DNA of 64,000 bases from Bacteroidia bacterium (GTDB lineage: Bacteria > Bacteroidota > Bacteroidia > AKYH767-A > OLB10): contig JAEUTI010000077.1 of the NCBI GenBank assembly GCA_016788065.1, positions 98,628-162,627 of the forward strand. The letters are read 5' to 3'. Made by a program: the position numbers and the translations under genes. This document shows positions 18,589 through 28,482 of this stretch, piece after piece (position 1 is the first letter of the stretch; every line of letters starts with the position of its first letter). Under the pieces are notes generated by a model. That model saw only the letters and a list, made by a program, of their open reading frames with translations. It made no database searches and had not been told where the DNA came from.

Positions 18589-20613
18589 ATGGATTTCAAA
18601 TTAGTTTCTGAATTCAAACCTACCGGCGATCAACCGGAGGCTATTCGCCAACTCACAGCCGGCATTGAACGGGGTGATCAGGCGCAGGTTTTATTGGGAG
18701 TTACCGGGTCGGGAAAAACGTTCACGGTCGCCAATGTAATTGCTAACACCGGAAAACCAACTCTTGTTCTGAGTCATAATAAAACACTTGCCGCTCAGCT
18801 TTATGGTGAATTCAAACAGTTTTTTCCTGAGAATGCAGTCGAGTTTTTCGTTTCTTACTACGATTACTATCAACCGGAAGCATATCTCCCGACTACCAAT
18901 ACCTATATTGAAAAAGATCTTTCCATAAATGAAGAAATTGAGAAACTAAGACTTCGCACCACTTCTTCCCTTTTAAGTGGTAGAAGAGATATCATAGTCG
19001 TGTCTTCGGTATCCTGCATTTATGGTATCGGTAATCCTGCTGATTTCAACAATGGTATTGTAAGACTCAATAAAGGACTGAAGATTGCCAGAAACCGGGT
19101 TCTGCACAATCTGGTGCAGGGTCTTTACTCCAGAGCAGCTGCAGAATTTAAGAGAGGGAATTTCAGAGTGACCGGTGACACCGTTGATGTATTTCTGGCT
19201 TATGCAGATATTGCCTATCGGATTACCTTTTTTGGAGATGAAATTGAAGATCTTGAATCAATAGATCCAACCACGGGCAAACGAATTGAATCACATGATC
19301 ATATTGCCATTTTCCCTGCAAATATATTTGTAAGCAATCCTGATCGCCAGTTGCAGGCTATTTTTCAAATTCAGGAAGATATGGTTAAACAAGTCGAGCA
19401 TTTCAAACTGATTGGAAAGCCTTTGGAAGCAAAACGACTTGAAGACCGCGTTACCTTTGATCTGGAGATGATTCGCGAATTGGGATATTGCTCCGGTATT
19501 GAAAATTATTCCCGTTATTTTGATGGTAGAAATCCCGGTTCGAGACCATTCTGTTTGCTGGATTATTTCCCGGATGATTACCTGATGGTGATTGATGAAA
19601 GTCACGTTACTGTTTCCCAGATCAGAGCTATGTATGGTGGCGACAGATCGCGTAAAAGTAATCTGGTGGAATATGGATTCCGTTTACCTTCAGCAATGGA
19701 TAACAGACCGCTTACATTCGATGAATTTTCAGGAATGCACATGCAGACCATTTATGTAAGTGCAACTCCTGCCGACTATGAAATTGGGGAAAGCGAAGGA
19801 GTGTTGGTGGAACAGGTGATCCGTCCTACAGGATTATTAGATCCCGAAATTGAAGTACGACCATGCCAAAATCAGGTTGATGATTTACTGGAAGAAATTG
19901 AAAAGACCATCACTGAAGGGAATCGTGTTTTAGTTACTACCCTCACCAAAAGAATGGCTGAGGAGTTGGCTAAATATCTTACCAAACTGAATATAAAATG
20001 CCGGTACATCCATTCCGAGGTAGAAACACTGGACCGGGTTGAAATTCTAAGAGACCTGCGGCTGGGGTTATTTGATGTATTGATTGGAATTAACTTGTTA
20101 AGGGAAGGTCTTGATTTACCTGAAGTGGCTTTGGTAGCTATTTTGGATGCTGATAAAGAAGGTTTTTTACGGTCGAACCGATCGCTTACACAAACTGCAG
20201 GTCGTGCCGCTCGTAACCTGAATGGCAGGGTAATTATGTATGCCGATAAGGTTACCGAATCAATGCGCAAAACAATTGATGAAACTGCACGCAGAAGGGA
20301 GAAACAAATTAAGTATAATGAAGATCATAATCTGGTACCAATGGCATTGTCCAAATCTAAATCGGATATTATGGGTCAATCGTCAGTGGTTAAAATCAGA
20401 CAATCAGAGGAAAATTATTATGTAGAAAATACCGAACCACAAGTGGCTGCCGATCCGGTTGTGGCATACATGAGTTCAGAGCAATTGCAAAAACTGTTGA
20501 ACACTACCAGGAAAAATATGGAAAAAGCTGCCAAAGAACTTGATTTCATGGAGGCAGCCCGTTTGCGGGATGAAATGTTCGCCATTGAAAAACTAATAAA
20601 GGATAAATCCTGA
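18589..20613 (+). CDS. uvrB: Excinuclease ABC subunit B
   Basis: GVTGSGKTF Walker A, the DESH box, and a C-terminal UVR motif (AARLRDEM). Confidence 0.95.
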   Translation: MDFKLVSEFKPTGDQPEAIRQLTAGIERGDQAQVLLGVTGSGKTFTVANVIANTGKPTLVLSHNKTLAAQLYGEFKQFFPENAVEFFVSYYDYYQPEAYLPTTNTYIEKDLSINEEIEKLRLRTTSSLLSGRRDIIVVSSVSCIYGIGNPADFNNGIVRLNKGLKIARNRVLHNLVQGLYSRAAAEFKRGNFRVTGDTVDVFLAYADIAYRITFFGDEIEDLESIDPTTGKRIESHDHIAIFPANIFVSNPDRQLQAIFQIQEDMVKQVEHFKLIGKPLEAKRLEDRVTFDLEMIRELGYCSGIENYSRYFDGRNPGSRPFCLLDYFPDDYLMVIDESHVTVSQIRAMYGGDRSRKSNLVEYGFRLPSAMDNRPLTFDEFSGMHMQTIYVSATPADYEIGESEGVLVEQVIRPTGLLDPEIEVRPCQNQVDDLLEEIEKTITEGNRVLVTTLTKRMAEELAKYLTKLNIKCRYIHSEVETLDRVEILRDLRLGLFDVLIGINLLREGLDLPEVALVAILDADKEGFLRSNRSLTQTAGRAARNLNGRVIMYADKVTESMRKTIDETARRREKQIKYNEDHNLVPMALSKSKSDIMGQSSVVKIRQSEENYYVENTEPQVAADPVVAYMSSEQLQKLLNTTRKNMEKAAKELDFMEAARLRDEMFAIEKLIKDKS

Positions 20614-20628
20614 TATTTCAGAATTCTT

Positions 20629-21315
20629 ATGGATCCTTCTTTGTTCATTTTGGCAATTACCCTTTACCTGGTGTCTATGGTGGCTACATTGGTAGCTGCT
20701 ATTTTCGAAAAGCATATTCCTGATAGAATTCTCAACACATTGATCATATTTCATCTGCTGGTGCTCCCGGTTTGGTTTTTATTCCGCAATCCCGCCCATA
20801 CTGTTGAAGAGCCCGGAAATTCAAATTATTTATTCCTCACCTTTTTTTGTTCCGGCATTCTTGCATCCGGAGTTCTGCTCAGAAAGCAATATCCCATTTA
20901 TATGAAGGGCTATTTTATGCTTTTTTTATTGTCCCTGCCCGTATTTTTAGTGGTGCCATCCCGCGTATTGGGTTTTATTTGTTCTGCCCAAATAAATGCT
21001 GTGAGTCCCCACCGAATTCATGTCAGTGAAAATTACTATCTTGTCGGTCAGGGTTCTTCCAAATTACCCCCCGAAAAGGGCAAAGAGCCCTATAAATTAA
21101 TCCGGGAAATGGGCATGTTTCATAAGACATTGGCCCGTGATATCATGATCCCCTCACCTACCGATTCAATTAATTTGCTTGAATTTAAAGAAAATGAAAA
21201 TATATTTGTAAGAACATACTTTCAGAGCCCTACCGGTGCCGACAGTTTGGACTTAAACATACTCCTCAAATCATTTAAAGACAGTTCTCAAATCATTACC
21301 CGAAAAATTAACTAA
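20629..21315 (+). CDS. Hypothetical membrane protein (4-5 TM segments plus a soluble C-terminal part)
   Basis: ORF with a hydrophobic N-terminal half and no recognisable motif. Confidence 0.5.
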   Translation: MDPSLFILAITLYLVSMVATLVAAIFEKHIPDRILNTLIIFHLLVLPVWFLFRNPAHTVEEPGNSNYLFLTFFCSGILASGVLLRKQYPIYMKGYFMLFLLSLPVFLVVPSRVLGFICSAQINAVSPHRIHVSENYYLVGQGSSKLPPEKGKEPYKLIREMGMFHKTLARDIMIPSPTDSINLLEFKENENIFVRTYFQSPTGADSLDLNILLKSFKDSSQIITRKIN

Positions 21316-21330
21316 CCCATTTCTAATACC

Positions 21331-22209
21331 ATGAAAATTATCTTCAGAACATTATTACTGCTTATACCATTTGGATCTTTGCAGGCTCAGGTTTCAACAA
21401 CCGAAATATTTTTAGTTGATATTATCAAAAAAGAAAAGAAAGTAACCTACGGAAAACCGGTCAATATTACCAATCGTGAGGGTTACGACAATCAACCTGA
21501 ATTTTCTCCGGATGGCAAGAAACTGTTTTACGTTTCAATGCCGGATACTACGCAATCGGAATTGTATGAGTTTGTGATAGCAGATAGTACTACCAAAAGG
21601 TTGACTGAAACTCCTGAAAGTGAGTTTTCTCCCCGATATGCTCCTGATGGTAAAATGACTTCCATGGTAAGAGTTGATGCCGATAAAACACAAAGATTTT
21701 ATCAGTTTACGGATAGTCCCGAAGATCTGTATGATCTGGCTCAAGGAATTGACAGTGTTGGTTACTATTGTTGGATCAATGATTCCATAGTTGGTATGGC
21801 CGTACTTAACAATGGGATGGAACTTTATATTTATGAGGTTCGAAATTCACAGTTTGTTGTATTAGAAAAAAATATCGGACGTTGCCTGATGGCACTTAAT
21901 TCCGGGAATAACCTCATTTATACCAGACAAGCTGGAGATGCGGTCACTCTAATGAATTATGACCTCACTCTCGGAGAGTCTAATTTTTATGCCGAAGGTA
22001 TGAAAGGGGTTATCGATTATGCCCTTGCTCCTGATGGTAAAATCTATTGCGGTTCAGAAGGGAAATTGTACCTCATGGATCCTAATGGTGACAAAAAATG
22101 GAATGAGGTTGCTGATTTCTCTAAGACTATGGGCAACTTCTACCGCCTCACTGCTTCACGAGATGGAAAGCGACTGGCCATGGTAGGATTTAAAGGCAAA
22201 AGACCTTAA
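21331..22209 (+). CDS. Secreted TolB-like (PD40 / WD40-like) beta-propeller repeat protein
   Basis: Signal peptide, then repeated DNQPEFSPDGKKLFY / ESEFSPRYAPDGK PD40-like motifs. Confidence 0.55.
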   Translation: MKIIFRTLLLLIPFGSLQAQVSTTEIFLVDIIKKEKKVTYGKPVNITNREGYDNQPEFSPDGKKLFYVSMPDTTQSELYEFVIADSTTKRLTETPESEFSPRYAPDGKMTSMVRVDADKTQRFYQFTDSPEDLYDLAQGIDSVGYYCWINDSIVGMAVLNNGMELYIYEVRNSQFVVLEKNIGRCLMALNSGNNLIYTRQAGDAVTLMNYDLTLGESNFYAEGMKGVIDYALAPDGKIYCGSEGKLYLMDPNGDKKWNEVADFSKTMGNFYRLTASRDGKRLAMVGFKGKRP

Positions 22210-22229
22210 CAATTCCTGTTTCCCGGGTC

Positions 22230-23282
22230 ATGAATGTGCTTATTGTCGGTCAGGGACTGGCAGGTACGCTGCTTGCCTTTGAGTTAATATCAAAGGGTAT
22301 TTCTGTTTCGATAACTGATAGGCAGGAATCTCTCACATCAACCAAAGTTGCAGCAGGAATTATTCTTCCGGTAACCGGTCGAAGAATGGTTAAAACCCAT
22401 TTGGCTGATCAGATTATCCCCTATGCGTTTTCTCATTACCGAAAATTAGAATCTTTAACCGGGGCAGCATTCTTTCATGAAATGCCTATTCTCGAAATAT
22501 TTTCTTCTTCAAAAAACAGAAACGACTGGTATGCACGGTCGGCAGAAAATGATCTTGCAGGATTTGCAGGGGCAATTAAAAGTAAATCCGATATCGGGGA
22601 ATCGATCCGCAGTGAATTTGGTGGAATAGAGTTATTGCAAAGTGGCTATTTGGATACCAATATGTTTCTTGCAAAAATGAATGTTTGGCTTCAACAAAAT
22701 TGTCGGGTCATAACAGATTCTTTTTCGATGTCTGATTTAAAAGCTGATAACGATATCATGAAATGGAAAGAGACCTATTTCGACAAAGTAGTTTTTTGCG
22801 ATGGGTATCATGCTGCTTCTAATAATTTATTCAGCTACCTCCCATTCATCCCTGCCAAAGGAGAAATTATTGATTTTACAGCACCCGACCTGCCTGAAAC
22901 TCATATCATCAATAACGGACATTTTATTCTTCCATTAGGAAAAGGAAAATTCAAAGCAGGCGCAACTTATTCATGGACTGACTTGAATACCATTACAACA
23001 GAATCGGCACTGCTTGAACTTGAAACAGCACTTCAAAAAACTATTTCTTGTCCTTATGAAGTAATTGCTCAGAAAGCTGCCGTACGACCAACGGTCAAAG
23101 ATCGGAGACCTCTGTTGGGCTTTCATCCGGTCATGAAAAATATAGGAATTTTCAATGGGCTCGGAACCAAAGGCGTGATGCAGGGACCTTACTATGCTTC
23201 TCAAATGTCCAACTTAATTGTGAATGAAAAAGCTGTGGACGATGAAGTGTCGGTTAAGCGGTTTGAATCACTTTTTCAATAG
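22230..23282 (+). CDS. FAD-dependent oxidoreductase (DAO family)
   Basis: N-terminal dinucleotide-binding motif VLIVGQGLAGTLLA. Confidence 0.7.
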   Translation: MNVLIVGQGLAGTLLAFELISKGISVSITDRQESLTSTKVAAGIILPVTGRRMVKTHLADQIIPYAFSHYRKLESLTGAAFFHEMPILEIFSSSKNRNDWYARSAENDLAGFAGAIKSKSDIGESIRSEFGGIELLQSGYLDTNMFLAKMNVWLQQNCRVITDSFSMSDLKADNDIMKWKETYFDKVVFCDGYHAASNNLFSYLPFIPAKGEIIDFTAPDLPETHIINNGHFILPLGKGKFKAGATYSWTDLNTITTESALLELETALQKTISCPYEVIAQKAAVRPTVKDRRPLLGFHPVMKNIGIFNGLGTKGVMQGPYYASQMSNLIVNEKAVDDEVSVKRFESLFQ

Positions 23283-24495
23283 CGCGTAACCGGTGCAACA
23301 AAGGTGGATGTGAATAATAAAAAAACACATATGCCGGATGTGGGTCAGGATTACTGAGGTTACTTACCGAGAGTTTTTTTAATGCCTCCTGCAAGGCAGC
23401 ACCATTGTATGTTTTAGTAGCATATGCATCGGCTTCATATTCATGTTTTCTGGAAATGAAATTGGTTGCCAGCGAAAGTGCCATCGATACCGGTCCATAC
23501 AAAATACCAAATGCCAGCAAACCAAGTTCTAATGTAGGTTTGTTGCTTCCCAATGCCTCAGCAAATTGAGGATACTGAATAAAAATACTGAAGATAAAAA
23601 ACATCAGCCCGGTTTGAATAAGGGAGAGAAATAACCCCGTTAGCGTGTGCTTCAGTTTGTAATGCCCTGTTTCATGAGCCAATACTGCCACCAGTTCGGG
23701 AATAGAATGATTCGCAATTAAGGTGTCGAACAAAACGATTTTCTTTTGCGCTCCTATTCCACTGAAAAAGGCATTTGCCTTCGAACTTCTTTTGGAACCA
23801 TCCATCACCATAAGATTTTTTATGGCAAACCCGGTTTTTGTGCAATAAGCAACTATGGATTGTTTCAGTTCGCCATCGGCCAATGGCGATAATTTATTGA
23901 AAATTGGAAGTAAAACCGTTGTGTAAAACATGGAAGTGAGCAGTAACAAAACAGCCACTGTTACCCATGCATAAATCCAAAATGATGGACCTGCCAACTG
24001 ATAGGTCAATGAGAACAGTGCAATCAATGATCCTCCTATGAGACCACCTAAAATATATCCTTTGATTCTGTCAGAAATAAACAGGCCGGGTGTTTTTTTG
24101 TTGAAACCGAACTTTTGCTCAATCACAAAGGTCTTGTAAATATCAAATGGCAATTGTAACAAATCGGCGCAAATAGCAATGATTCCAAAAAATACCAAGG
24201 TTGCAGTCAGTTCATCCGGGTACCAGCTATGAACCAGCATATCCAATTCTCCAAAAGCACCGGTTAATAGCAATGTGAGCATTACCAGCAGGCTGAATGA
24301 GTCGCTGATTAAGGAAAATTTCTTACCAGTTTGGTCGTATGATTTAGCCTTCAAATAATCGGCATCATTATACAATTCCCGCACTAATTCCGGTGGCGAT
24401 GATCCCCAGCGGGAACTATTCAGCGAATCGAGTATGCGCTCGAGTAACCAGGATAAGATGAGAACAATAAGGAAGATAATTAATAAAGGGTGCAT
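23254..24495 (-). CDS. M48-family (Ste24-like) integral-membrane zinc metalloprotease
   Basis: Multiple TM segments, HETGH zinc motif, downstream E...D.YA. Confidence 0.8.
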   Translation of the reverse strand: MHPLLIIFLIVLILSWLLERILDSLNSSRWGSSPPELVRELYNDADYLKAKSYDQTGKKFSLISDSFSLLVMLTLLLTGAFGELDMLVHSWYPDELTATLVFFGIIAICADLLQLPFDIYKTFVIEQKFGFNKKTPGLFISDRIKGYILGGLIGGSLIALFSLTYQLAGPSFWIYAWVTVAVLLLLTSMFYTTVLLPIFNKLSPLADGELKQSIVAYCTKTGFAIKNLMVMDGSKRSSKANAFFSGIGAQKKIVLFDTLIANHSIPELVAVLAHETGHYKLKHTLTGLFLSLIQTGLMFFIFSIFIQYPQFAEALGSNKPTLELGLLAFGILYGPVSMALSLATNFISRKHEYEADAYATKTYNGAALQEALKKLSVSNLSNPDPHPAYVFFYYSHPPLLHRLRAIEKVIQTA

Positions 24496-24498
24496 ATT

Positions 24499-26589
24499 TT
24501 AATAGGAACCACTGCGTTTTCTGAAAAACCACTCCAATGAAAGTAATAACATAATCAATCCAAATATCCATTTCAGATTAATGACATCATCGAGTCGCTT
24601 TTGTTCATACGAAACAGCTTTGATATCAGCACGATTTTTAATTGATTTTGCGACGTCTTTTAATGCAGTAGCGGAATAAAATTCACCGCCTGTTTTTGTT
24701 GCCAGCGATGAAAGTACCTGATGATTGGCAATTGTTTCTGCAAGTTCAGCTTGCAAAGCAGTTACCGTAAAACTTCCCACCTCACTGTATGATTCTGTTC
24801 CCAATTTCGTGGATGCGTTGATTTTATAATGGCCTACTGGCAGATATCCAGCAATGAGTGAGTAGGATTTTTCAGTTTTTGAAAAAGTGTAAGCAAATGT
24901 TTTTCCTGTTTCATCAATAATGTTTAATCTGGCATCAGGGGTATTAATTAATTCACCTGAAGGATTGTAAAGTGCCGCGTCGATGATAACTTGTTCATTT
25001 TCGGTAAAAGAATTTTTATAGGTCAGCCGGAAAGGTGTCCGTTTTTCACGGTTAGCTAAAAATTGAACCGATTTAGTTATCAAAGCTGAAACTGCTCCCG
25101 ATTCATTAAAGGTCGAAAATTCATTTAATTTCCATTTCCATAATCCTTCGCCGGTAAGCACTCCTGTTTTAAGATTTCCGTCGACTTTAAAGTATAACAA
25201 TGGCATGGCGGTTTTTACACTTCCAATACGCTGTGTTAGCAGTGATTGAATGGCTCCGGTTGCCTCATAGGTTCCAAAGGGACAAATCAAAGGTGGCATG
25301 GTTGCGATTCTCGAAAGATGCTCTTCCTCCATAGTGAAATATGAAAAATCAGTATTCGATCCAGCTTGTATTTCGTTCAGGTTTCCTCTGTTTTCAGAGA
25401 TTCTAACCCCGGTTTCTAATTTATTGAAAGCAGTTACGTTTGTTTGACTTCCTAAAATATACCAGACAGGAATTTCTTGTTTGGCAATTTTATCCAAAAT
25501 AGCAGTTGCCGGTTGATTGGCAGAAGGCAACTGATGCAATATTACCAGATTGGCAGTGGCAATCTGATCATGTTGATCACTGGCCATAGCTATAGTTACT
25601 TCATAGTTGGGATTCTTTTCAAGAATATCTTTTATAGCAGCCAGATCAGGATGTGGTGCATTGGCAATGATCATTACCTGTTGCCTGTTATCGCTTACTT
25701 CCACAAAAAAATCAGCCTTGTTATTTTCGTAGCTTATTTCGCCATCAACTTCGGTTACTGTTGCAACATAATGATTAACTCCCTTCTGATCTGCTTCAAG
25801 TACTACCGGGATAATTAAATTAACCCTGGGCTTGTCGAGTTCTACAACTTTTGAATAAATTTCTTTATCGTTTCTGTTAATCTTAACAGTTACTCGCTGG
25901 CCCTGACATTGCCTGGCATCCAAAGTGATTTCAACAGGGAAGGAATTGCCGAAAAAAGCAGCTTTGTTATGTCTCACTTTATTGATCACGATATCCTTTC
26001 TTACTGTAGTATCGCCAAGCCCAATAGTATAAACCGGAACTTTAAGCTCATCGTAAGCATATAAGGGATTACTTCCTTTATTAAACAAACCATCAGTAGC
26101 AAGAATCACTGCCCCAAGGTTTCGTCCTGAGAATCGAGCCTTCATTTCATTTGCTCCTGCTGAAAGGTCTGATTCTTTATCAATAAACTCATTGGAGATC
26201 CCTTCTCTCACCTGATCACCGACAGAAAACAATCTGACGTCAAAGTCAGCAGCTAACTCATTCTGCAATGCAGCCAGCCGGGCAGGATAATTTTTCAGAA
26301 AATCACTACTGTCACTGATTGATTTAACAGATGCCGATTCATCCTGAATGATCACCACTACCGGTTTTTCAGTGATATTGAAAACCGATTTAATCAAAGG
26401 TGATAAAAGCAAAATCGCTAAAATGCTAACCACTACAAACCGAAAGACAGCCATTGCTCCTTTAATCCATTTGGCTGTCTCCGCAAAGGAAGTATCTTTC
26501 CTGTAAAGAAGCCAGGAATACAAAAAGCCTGCAAGCAGGCAGATTAATATTAGCCAGGAAGGACTTTCAGTAACTATCTGGAAATTCAA
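24499..26589 (-). CDS. Membrane-anchored vWA-like protein (N-terminal double-TM BatA-type segment, C-terminal TM)
   Basis: N-terminal SPSWLILICLLAGFLYSWLLYRK plus a second TM segment. MIDAS-like DESAS and ILATDG motifs, and a C-terminal TM segment. The start codon is TTG. Confidence 0.55.
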   Translation of the reverse strand: MNFQIVTESPSWLILICLLAGFLYSWLLYRKDTSFAETAKWIKGAMAVFRFVVVSILAILLLSPLIKSVFNITEKPVVVIIQDESASVKSISDSSDFLKNYPARLAALQNELAADFDVRLFSVGDQVREGISNEFIDKESDLSAGANEMKARFSGRNLGAVILATDGLFNKGSNPLYAYDELKVPVYTIGLGDTTVRKDIVINKVRHNKAAFFGNSFPVEITLDARQCQGQRVTVKINRNDKEIYSKVVELDKPRVNLIIPVVLEADQKGVNHYVATVTEVDGEISYENNKADFFVEVSDNRQQVMIIANAPHPDLAAIKDILEKNPNYEVTIAMASDQHDQIATANLVILHQLPSANQPATAILDKIAKQEIPVWYILGSQTNVTAFNKLETGVRISENRGNLNEIQAGSNTDFSYFTMEEEHLSRIATMPPLICPFGTYEATGAIQSLLTQRIGSVKTAMPLLYFKVDGNLKTGVLTGEGLWKWKLNEFSTFNESGAVSALITKSVQFLANREKRTPFRLTYKNSFTENEQVIIDAALYNPSGELINTPDARLNIIDETGKTFAYTFSKTEKSYSLIAGYLPVGHYKINASTKLGTESYSEVGSFTVTALQAELAETIANHQVLSSLATKTGGEFYSATALKDVAKSIKNRADIKAVSYEQKRLDDVINLKWIFGLIMLLLSLEWFFRKRSGSY

Positions 26590-26614
26590 TGTAAGTGCAG
26601 TTAAATTTGTGGTG

Positions 26615-26622
26615 CAAATATA
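26615..26622 (-). promoter_or_regulatory. -7 box TATATTTG upstream of the vWA membrane protein gene
   Basis: Matches TAnnTTTG on the minus strand. Confidence 0.4.
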
Positions 26623-26725
26623 GCAAGATCGATGGTCATATCAGGCTTTTCAGTCTGTTCCCACAATCGATAATTGGCAAATTCAGACCTGTGGCTTTTG
26701 TTCCTCCGGATTCCGTGTATTCCAT

Positions 26726-26733
26726 TATCTTTG
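26726..26733 (+). promoter_or_regulatory. -7 box TATCTTTG, only 4 nt upstream of the LolD-like ATG
   Basis: TATCTTTG-CAGG-ATG. Confidence 0.45.
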
Positions 26734-26737
26734 CAGG

Positions 26738-27391
26738 ATGTTAATTGTTACTAATCAGTTGCATAAGTATTATGGTAACCTGCACGTTCTGAAAGGAATA
26801 TCGATGCAGGTGGCCAAATCTGAAATAGTTTCCATTGTAGGTGCTTCCGGTGCAGGTAAAACGACTTTACTCCAGATTCTGGGTACTCTCGATAAACCTG
26901 ATCAGGGCACCGTACAAATTGATGGTAGTGAAATTCCATGGAACTCTGCCGGAAAACTGGCGGCATTCCGCAATCAGCATATCGGCTTCATTTTTCAATT
27001 CCATCATTTACTGCCTGAGTTTACTGCAATGGAAAACATTTGTATTCCAGCAATGATCGGACGCAGAAACATGGAAGAAACGGAACAAAAAGCCCGTACA
27101 TTGCTTCAGTACCTCAATTTAAACGGCAGAGAACATCATAAGCCATCAGAATTGTCGGGTGGTGAGCAACAAAGGGTAGCTGTAGCCAGAGCGCTTATAA
27201 ATGATCCATCCATTATTCTTGCCGATGAACCATCAGGAAATCTGGATTCCGCCAATGCCAAAGAGTTGCATGCCTTGTTTTTCAGATTGAGAAAAGAACT
27301 TGGACAAACTTTCGTAATAGTCACTCATAACGAAGAGCTAGCCGATATGGCCGATCGTAAGTTGGTGATGAAAGACGGCACAATGGCCTGA
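26738..27391 (+). CDS. ABC transporter ATP-binding protein (LolD/FtsE-like)
   Basis: Walker A GASGAGKTT, signature LSGGEQQR, Walker B ILADEP. Confidence 0.85.
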   Translation: MLIVTNQLHKYYGNLHVLKGISMQVAKSEIVSIVGASGAGKTTLLQILGTLDKPDQGTVQIDGSEIPWNSAGKLAAFRNQHIGFIFQFHHLLPEFTAMENICIPAMIGRRNMEETEQKARTLLQYLNLNGREHHKPSELSGGEQQRVAVARALINDPSIILADEPSGNLDSANAKELHALFFRLRKELGQTFVIVTHNEELADMADRKLVMKDGTMA

Positions 27392-27398
27392 AATCAGG

Positions 27399-28463
27399 TT
27401 AATTATTTACCACAACATGTACCGCTTGCTTCTCAGTCATGTAGCCAATTTCATGGTAGGTAAATGGTTCCATCCCCTTTTCCTGCATTAGTTTTTTGAA
27501 AGCAGGTACAGCATCCGGTGAAACGGCAATTAGTAAACCTCCACTGGTTTGTGGATCCGCTAAAATGAGTTTCGTGGTTTCATCGATTTCAGAAATGTGA
27601 TGGCCATAACTTTTCCAGTTGCGGGTAGTGCCACCGGGAAAGCACTTCTGCTCGAGATAACCATGAACCTGATGTAAAACAGGTACTTGTTCCAGAGAAA
27701 TGTGTGCAGTTAATCCGCTACCTCCGGCCATTTCCGAAAGATGCCCCAATAATCCGAACCCTGTTACATCAGTAAGTGCATTTACTCCCGGTAAGTTACC
27801 TAAATCAGATCCAATAGTGTTCAAGGCAGTCATGCTGTCAATAGCGACCTTGAGGTCAGTGTCTGTTAACACTCCTTTTTTGGATGCAGTTGTCAAAATG
27901 CCGATTCCCAGTTTTTTAGTAAGAAATAACCGGTCGCCTGCCTTAGCAGTATCATTTTTTTTAAGATTCTCTATGGTTACCAAACCATTCACTGCAAGCC
28001 CGAAAATTGGTTCCGGAGCATCAATACTATGTCCTCCTGCCAATGGTATTCCTGCATCCTGACAGGCTTTTCTTCCTCCGCTAATTACCTGTCCAGCAAC
28101 TTCGGGAGGCAGCTTATCTATTGGCCATCCTAAAATTGCTATTGCCAGCACCGGCCTTCCTCCCATTGCAAACACGTCACTGATTGCATTTGTTGCTGCA
28201 ATCCGTCCGAATTCAAAGGGATCATCAACTATTGGCATGAAAAAATCAGTGGTGCTTATAAGAGCCTGTCCGTTTCCAATATCCAGAACAGCTGCATCAT
28301 CCCTGCTATGATTACCCACAAGCAGCCCTTTGAAATCGGGAGGCGTTTCATTATTTTGAAGAATCTGACTTAAAATGGCAGGTGAAATTTTGCATCCGCA
28401 ACCTGCACCATGACTGTATTGTGTGAGCTTTACTGTAGAAGTAGAATTTTCAGGATGATTCAT
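27399..28463 (-). CDS. selD: Selenide, water dikinase (Cys-type)
   Basis: [17 protein letters not shown]-terminal motif, near-identical to the E. coli SelD N-terminus, with an AIR-synthase-like fold. Confidence 0.9.
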   Translation of the reverse strand: MNHPENSTSTVKLTQYSHGAGCGCKISPAILSQILQNNETPPDFKGLLVGNHSRDDAAVLDIGNGQALISTTDFFMPIVDDPFEFGRIAATNAISDVFAMGGRPVLAIAILGWPIDKLPPEVAGQVISGGRKACQDAGIPLAGGHSIDAPEPIFGLAVNGLVTIENLKKNDTAKAGDRLFLTKKLGIGILTTASKKGVLTDTDLKVAIDSMTALNTIGSDLGNLPGVNALTDVTGFGLLGHLSEMAGGSGLTAHISLEQVPVLHQVHGYLEQKCFPGGTTRNWKSYGHHISEIDETTKLILADPQTSGGLLIAVSPDAVPAFKKLMQEKGMEPFTYHEIGYMTEKQAVHVVVNN

Positions 28464-28482
28464 TTATTTATGCTTGAATTAA

